A DNA stretch of 64,000 nucleotides from Burkholderiaceae bacterium (lineage in GTDB: Bacteria > Pseudomonadota > Gammaproteobacteria > Burkholderiales > Burkholderiaceae_E): positions 128,702 to 192,701 of the forward strand of contig JAXMEE010000012.1 in the NCBI GenBank assembly GCA_046348465.1, in the 5' to 3' direction. The first letter of the stretch is position 1. Each line of letters starts with the position of its first letter. Shown here piece by piece: positions 61,612-64,000 of the stretch. Under the pieces are notes generated by a model, which worked only from the letters and a program-made list of their open reading frames with translations, searched no databases and was not told the DNA's origin. A program made the translations under genes and the position numbers.

Positions 61612-64000
61612 CTACGGCGCCGATTCGACGCGCACGAAGCCGGCGCCGCCCGACTCGCCGTTCTGCGACCACGTCGACGGGTCCGAGTCGATCACCGTGT
61701 AGGTGCCCGGCGGCAACGGCACGTTCGGGCGCGCGGTCCAGTTGACGTTCGGCGCTCCGCCCTGGCCCGGCGTGGCCGCGACCGGCCACGGCCCGTACGT
61801 GCGGCCCGCCGCGTCGCGCAGGCCGATGCTGCCCGGCGCCGCGCCGCGCCCGTCGTTCCAGTGGTAGGTGCGGATCATCGTGATCGTGCGTGCCGCGGCC
61901 AGCGTGAACGTCGTCGCTCGCGTCGGCGCGTTGCCGACGCCACCGATGTTGCCGTTGTCGAACACGACGTTGCCGCTCGGCGCCGGTGGCGCCGCCGCCG
62001 ACGCGGGCGCCGTGCCCGCGGACGGTGCCGCGCCCGCGCGCACCTGTGCGATCTGCGAGGCGCCGAGCGCGTCGCCGTACAGGCGCACGTCGTCGATCGC
62101 GCCGACGAAGTGCTCGCCGAAGCCGGGATTGCGCCCGAGGTTCAGCGTCCGGCCGCCGCCGCCGAGGCTGCCCGGCCGCTCGACGACCCAGTCGTCGACC
62201 TGCAGCCGAACCTTGCCGGCGGGCTGGTCCCAGACGGCCGCGACGAACACCCACTGGCCCTTCTGCGCCGGGCGAAAGCCCACGACCCCGCTGGTGCCCG
62301 CGAACAGCGACCAGCCCACGCCGCCGCCGCGCCCGTCGATGCCCAGCGAGCGGTCGAATCCGCCGTCGTCGTGCGACATCACCTGCTGGATCGCCGCCGG
62401 CGCGTCCGCACGCACCCACGCGGTGAACGTGAGCCTGGGCACCGCCGACGGGTTGACGTCGAGCGGCAGCTCGATGAAGCCGCGCCCGTCGAACAGCATC
62501 GCGCCGCCGGCGCGCCCGGCGCGATCGGCGGTCGGCTGCGCGCCGCTCACCTTGCCGTGCAGCCCGCGGCCCGACGCGTCCTGCGCGTTGCCGTCGAGCG
62601 GATAGTGCGCGAGCAGCCCTGCGGCGGCCGTGCCGGGCGGCGCGCCGGGGGGCGCGCTGGACGGCACGCCGGGTGGCGCGACCGCAGTCGGACCGGCCGG
62701 CGACGCTCCCGCGCCGGTCCCCGCCATCGACGCCGAGGCGGCCGCCGCCGCCTCGGGCGGCAGCGAGGCGCCGGTGACCAGCGTGATGCCGCGCAGGCAG
62801 AACCCCGGCGCCGCGCCCATGTGGTAGAGCTTCGGGTCGGTGTCGCGGTGATCGAAGCGCAGGCCGGTCACCACGGCGCCCGCGGGCAGCGCGAACACGG
62901 CCATCCAGCGCGCGTCGCCGATCGCGGTCGCCTTCGGGTATGCGTGATCGGCGCCGCCGGTCTCGCTGCGGTTCCACTCCGACGAGTGGACCCCTGCGCG
63001 GAACTCGAACGTGCGGTCGCCTGCGGTCGTGCGCACGGTCAGCACCGTCGTCGCGAAGCCGTCCTTCAGGTAGTGCGCGTTGTCGAGATTGGACACGACC
63101 GCGATCGCGCTCGCGCCGACCCGCTGTGCGAGCGGGACGTCGAGCGCGAGCCGCTTCTCGTCGGTGGCCTTCAGCCGCACCCACGAGCCGTCGTCGACGC
63201 GCAGGCCCTTGACGGTGCGCGCCGCGCCCTTCTTGCCGCCGACCGGCGTGAGGTCGACGAGGAAGAAGCCCGCGTCGGCGCTCGCCGGCGCCGCGGGGCT
63301 GCCCTGAGACGCGGGCCGCGAGGGCGCCGCGACCGGGGGCGGCGTCGCCGGCGGGACCGCACCCGGCGGGAACGCACCCGGCGGGAACGCACCCGGAGGG
63401 AACGCGGCCGGCGGCACGACCGGCGCCGGCGCGACCGGCCGCACGGCGGCCGCCTGCGCGGCCAGCGCCGCCTCCAGCTGCTCGACGTAGCGCGCGTTCG
63501 CCGCGTCCGGCCACGCGCGCAGGCTGTCCCTGAACTTCGCGAGCGCCTCGCGCGGGCGGCCGGCGTCGTACAGCGCGCGGCCTTCGTTCCAGAGTCCGGC
63601 CGCGGCGGCGCGCGCCTGCCCGATGCGCGCCTCGAGGTCGGCGACGTAGCGCTGGTTCGCGTCGTCGGGCCACGCGCGCAGGCTCTCCTTGAACTTCGCG
63701 AGCGCGCCGAGCGCGTCGCCGCCCTCGTACAGCCGCCGGCCTTCGTTCCACAGCGCGGCGGCGTTCGCGCGTGCCTGTGCCTGCGCGTCGAGCTGCCTGA
63801 GCTTGTCTGCGATGCGGTTGCGGTAGATCTGGGCGTCGGTATTCGTCGGCTGCAGCCGCACCACCTCGTCGGCCTCGCCGAACGCCTGCTCGAGGGTCGC
63901 CTTCGCTGCCAGGCCCGGATCCATCGCGATCGGCGCGATGCGCGGCATCAGGGTCGCGATCCGCCGTGCGCGGTCTTCGGCGTCCTGGCGCTTGCGCTCG
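61612..64000 (-). CDS. large multidomain protein (partial): TPR-like repeats, unknown beta domain, LamG-like jelly-roll, unknown C-terminal domain
   Basis: Frame remains open to the window edge (ERKRQDAEDRARRIATLM...); duplicated 53-aa TPR-like unit; LLAHYPLDGNAQDASG...TFTAWV...WVFVAAVWD...F.GAIDDVRLY..AL LamG signature. Confidence 0.8.
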   Translation of the reverse strand, partial: ERKRQDAEDRARRIATLMPRIAPIAMDPGLAAKATLEQAFGEADEVVRLQPTNTDAQIYRNRIADKLRQLDAQAQARANAAALWNEGRRLYEGGDALGALAKFKESLRAWPDDANQRYVADLEARIGQARAAAAGLWNEGRALYDAGRPREALAKFRDSLRAWPDAANARYVEQLEAALAAQAAAVRPVAPAPVVPPAAFPPGAFPPGAFPPGAVPPATPPPVAAPSRPASQGSPAAPASADAGFFLVDLTPVGGKKGAARTVKGLRVDDGSWVRLKATDEKRLALDVPLAQRVGASAIAVVSNLDNAHYLKDGFATTVLTVRTTAGDRTFEFRAGVHSSEWNRSETGGADHAYPKATAIGDARWMAVFALPAGAVVTGLRFDHRDTDPKLYHMGAAPGFCLRGITLVTGASLPPEAAAAASASMAGTGAGASPAGPTAVAPPGVPSSAPPGAPPGTAAAGLLAHYPLDGNAQDASGRGLHGKVSGAQPTADRAGRAGGAMLFDGRGFIELPLDVNPSAVPRLTFTAWVRADAPAAIQQVMSHDDGGFDRSLGIDGRGGGVGWSLFAGTSGVVGFRPAQKGQWVFVAAVWDQPAGKVRLQVDDWVVERPGSLGGGGRTLNLGRNPGFGEHFVGAIDDVRLYGDALGASQIAQVRAGAAPSAGTAPASAAAPPAPSGNVVFDNGNIGGVGNAPTRATTFTLAAARTITMIRTYHWNDGRGAAPGSIGLRDAAGRTYGPWPVAATPGQGGAPNVNWTARPNVPLPPGTYTVIDSDPSTWSQNGESGGAGFVRVESAP
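63359..63403 (-). repeat. three 15-bp coding repeats (FPPGA) in Pro-rich linker
   Basis: gcacccggcgggaac x2 + gcacccggagggaac. Confidence 0.75.

Overview
Very GC-rich betaproteobacterial (Burkholderiales-like, inferred from gene order and protein families) chromosomal window with no rRNA, tRNA, CRISPR, IS or phage genes visible. 1-17.4 kb is conserved core: dciA, M23 peptidase, secA, argJ, DUF815 ATPase, mutT-like NUDIX fusion, yacG, zapD, coaE, pilD-pilC-pilB and a CorC/HlyC transporter. 17.5-37 kb is a transport/catabolism block: XylD-like IlvD/Edd dehydratase, CaiB/BaiF CoA-transferase, Liv-type ABC system, P5C-dehydrogenase-like ALDH with a DctPQM TRAP system, a TAXI-TRAP system, and a NitT/TauT ABC system lying behind hutC. 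36.8-44.9 kb is a complete five-step histidine utilisation (hut) cluster with a clear HutC operator. It is followed by an RND efflux pair, an ~12 kb accessory cluster of carboxylate-activating enzymes with Bug/TctC binding proteins, and the 3' part of a large TPR/LamG multidomain gene. The best candidates for something new: (i) a stand-alone cyanophycin-synthetase-like ATP-grasp ligase whose Mur domain looks inactivated (CphA2-like architecture), set among AMP- and ADP-forming CoA ligases, a thioesterase, SnoaL and DUF4286-like genes; (ii) a symmetric 17-bp hutI/hutF spacer that looks like a bidirectional promoter making two leaderless mRNAs; (iii) a HutC-linked NitT/TauT ABC importer. All functional calls come from motif recognition, not database searches.
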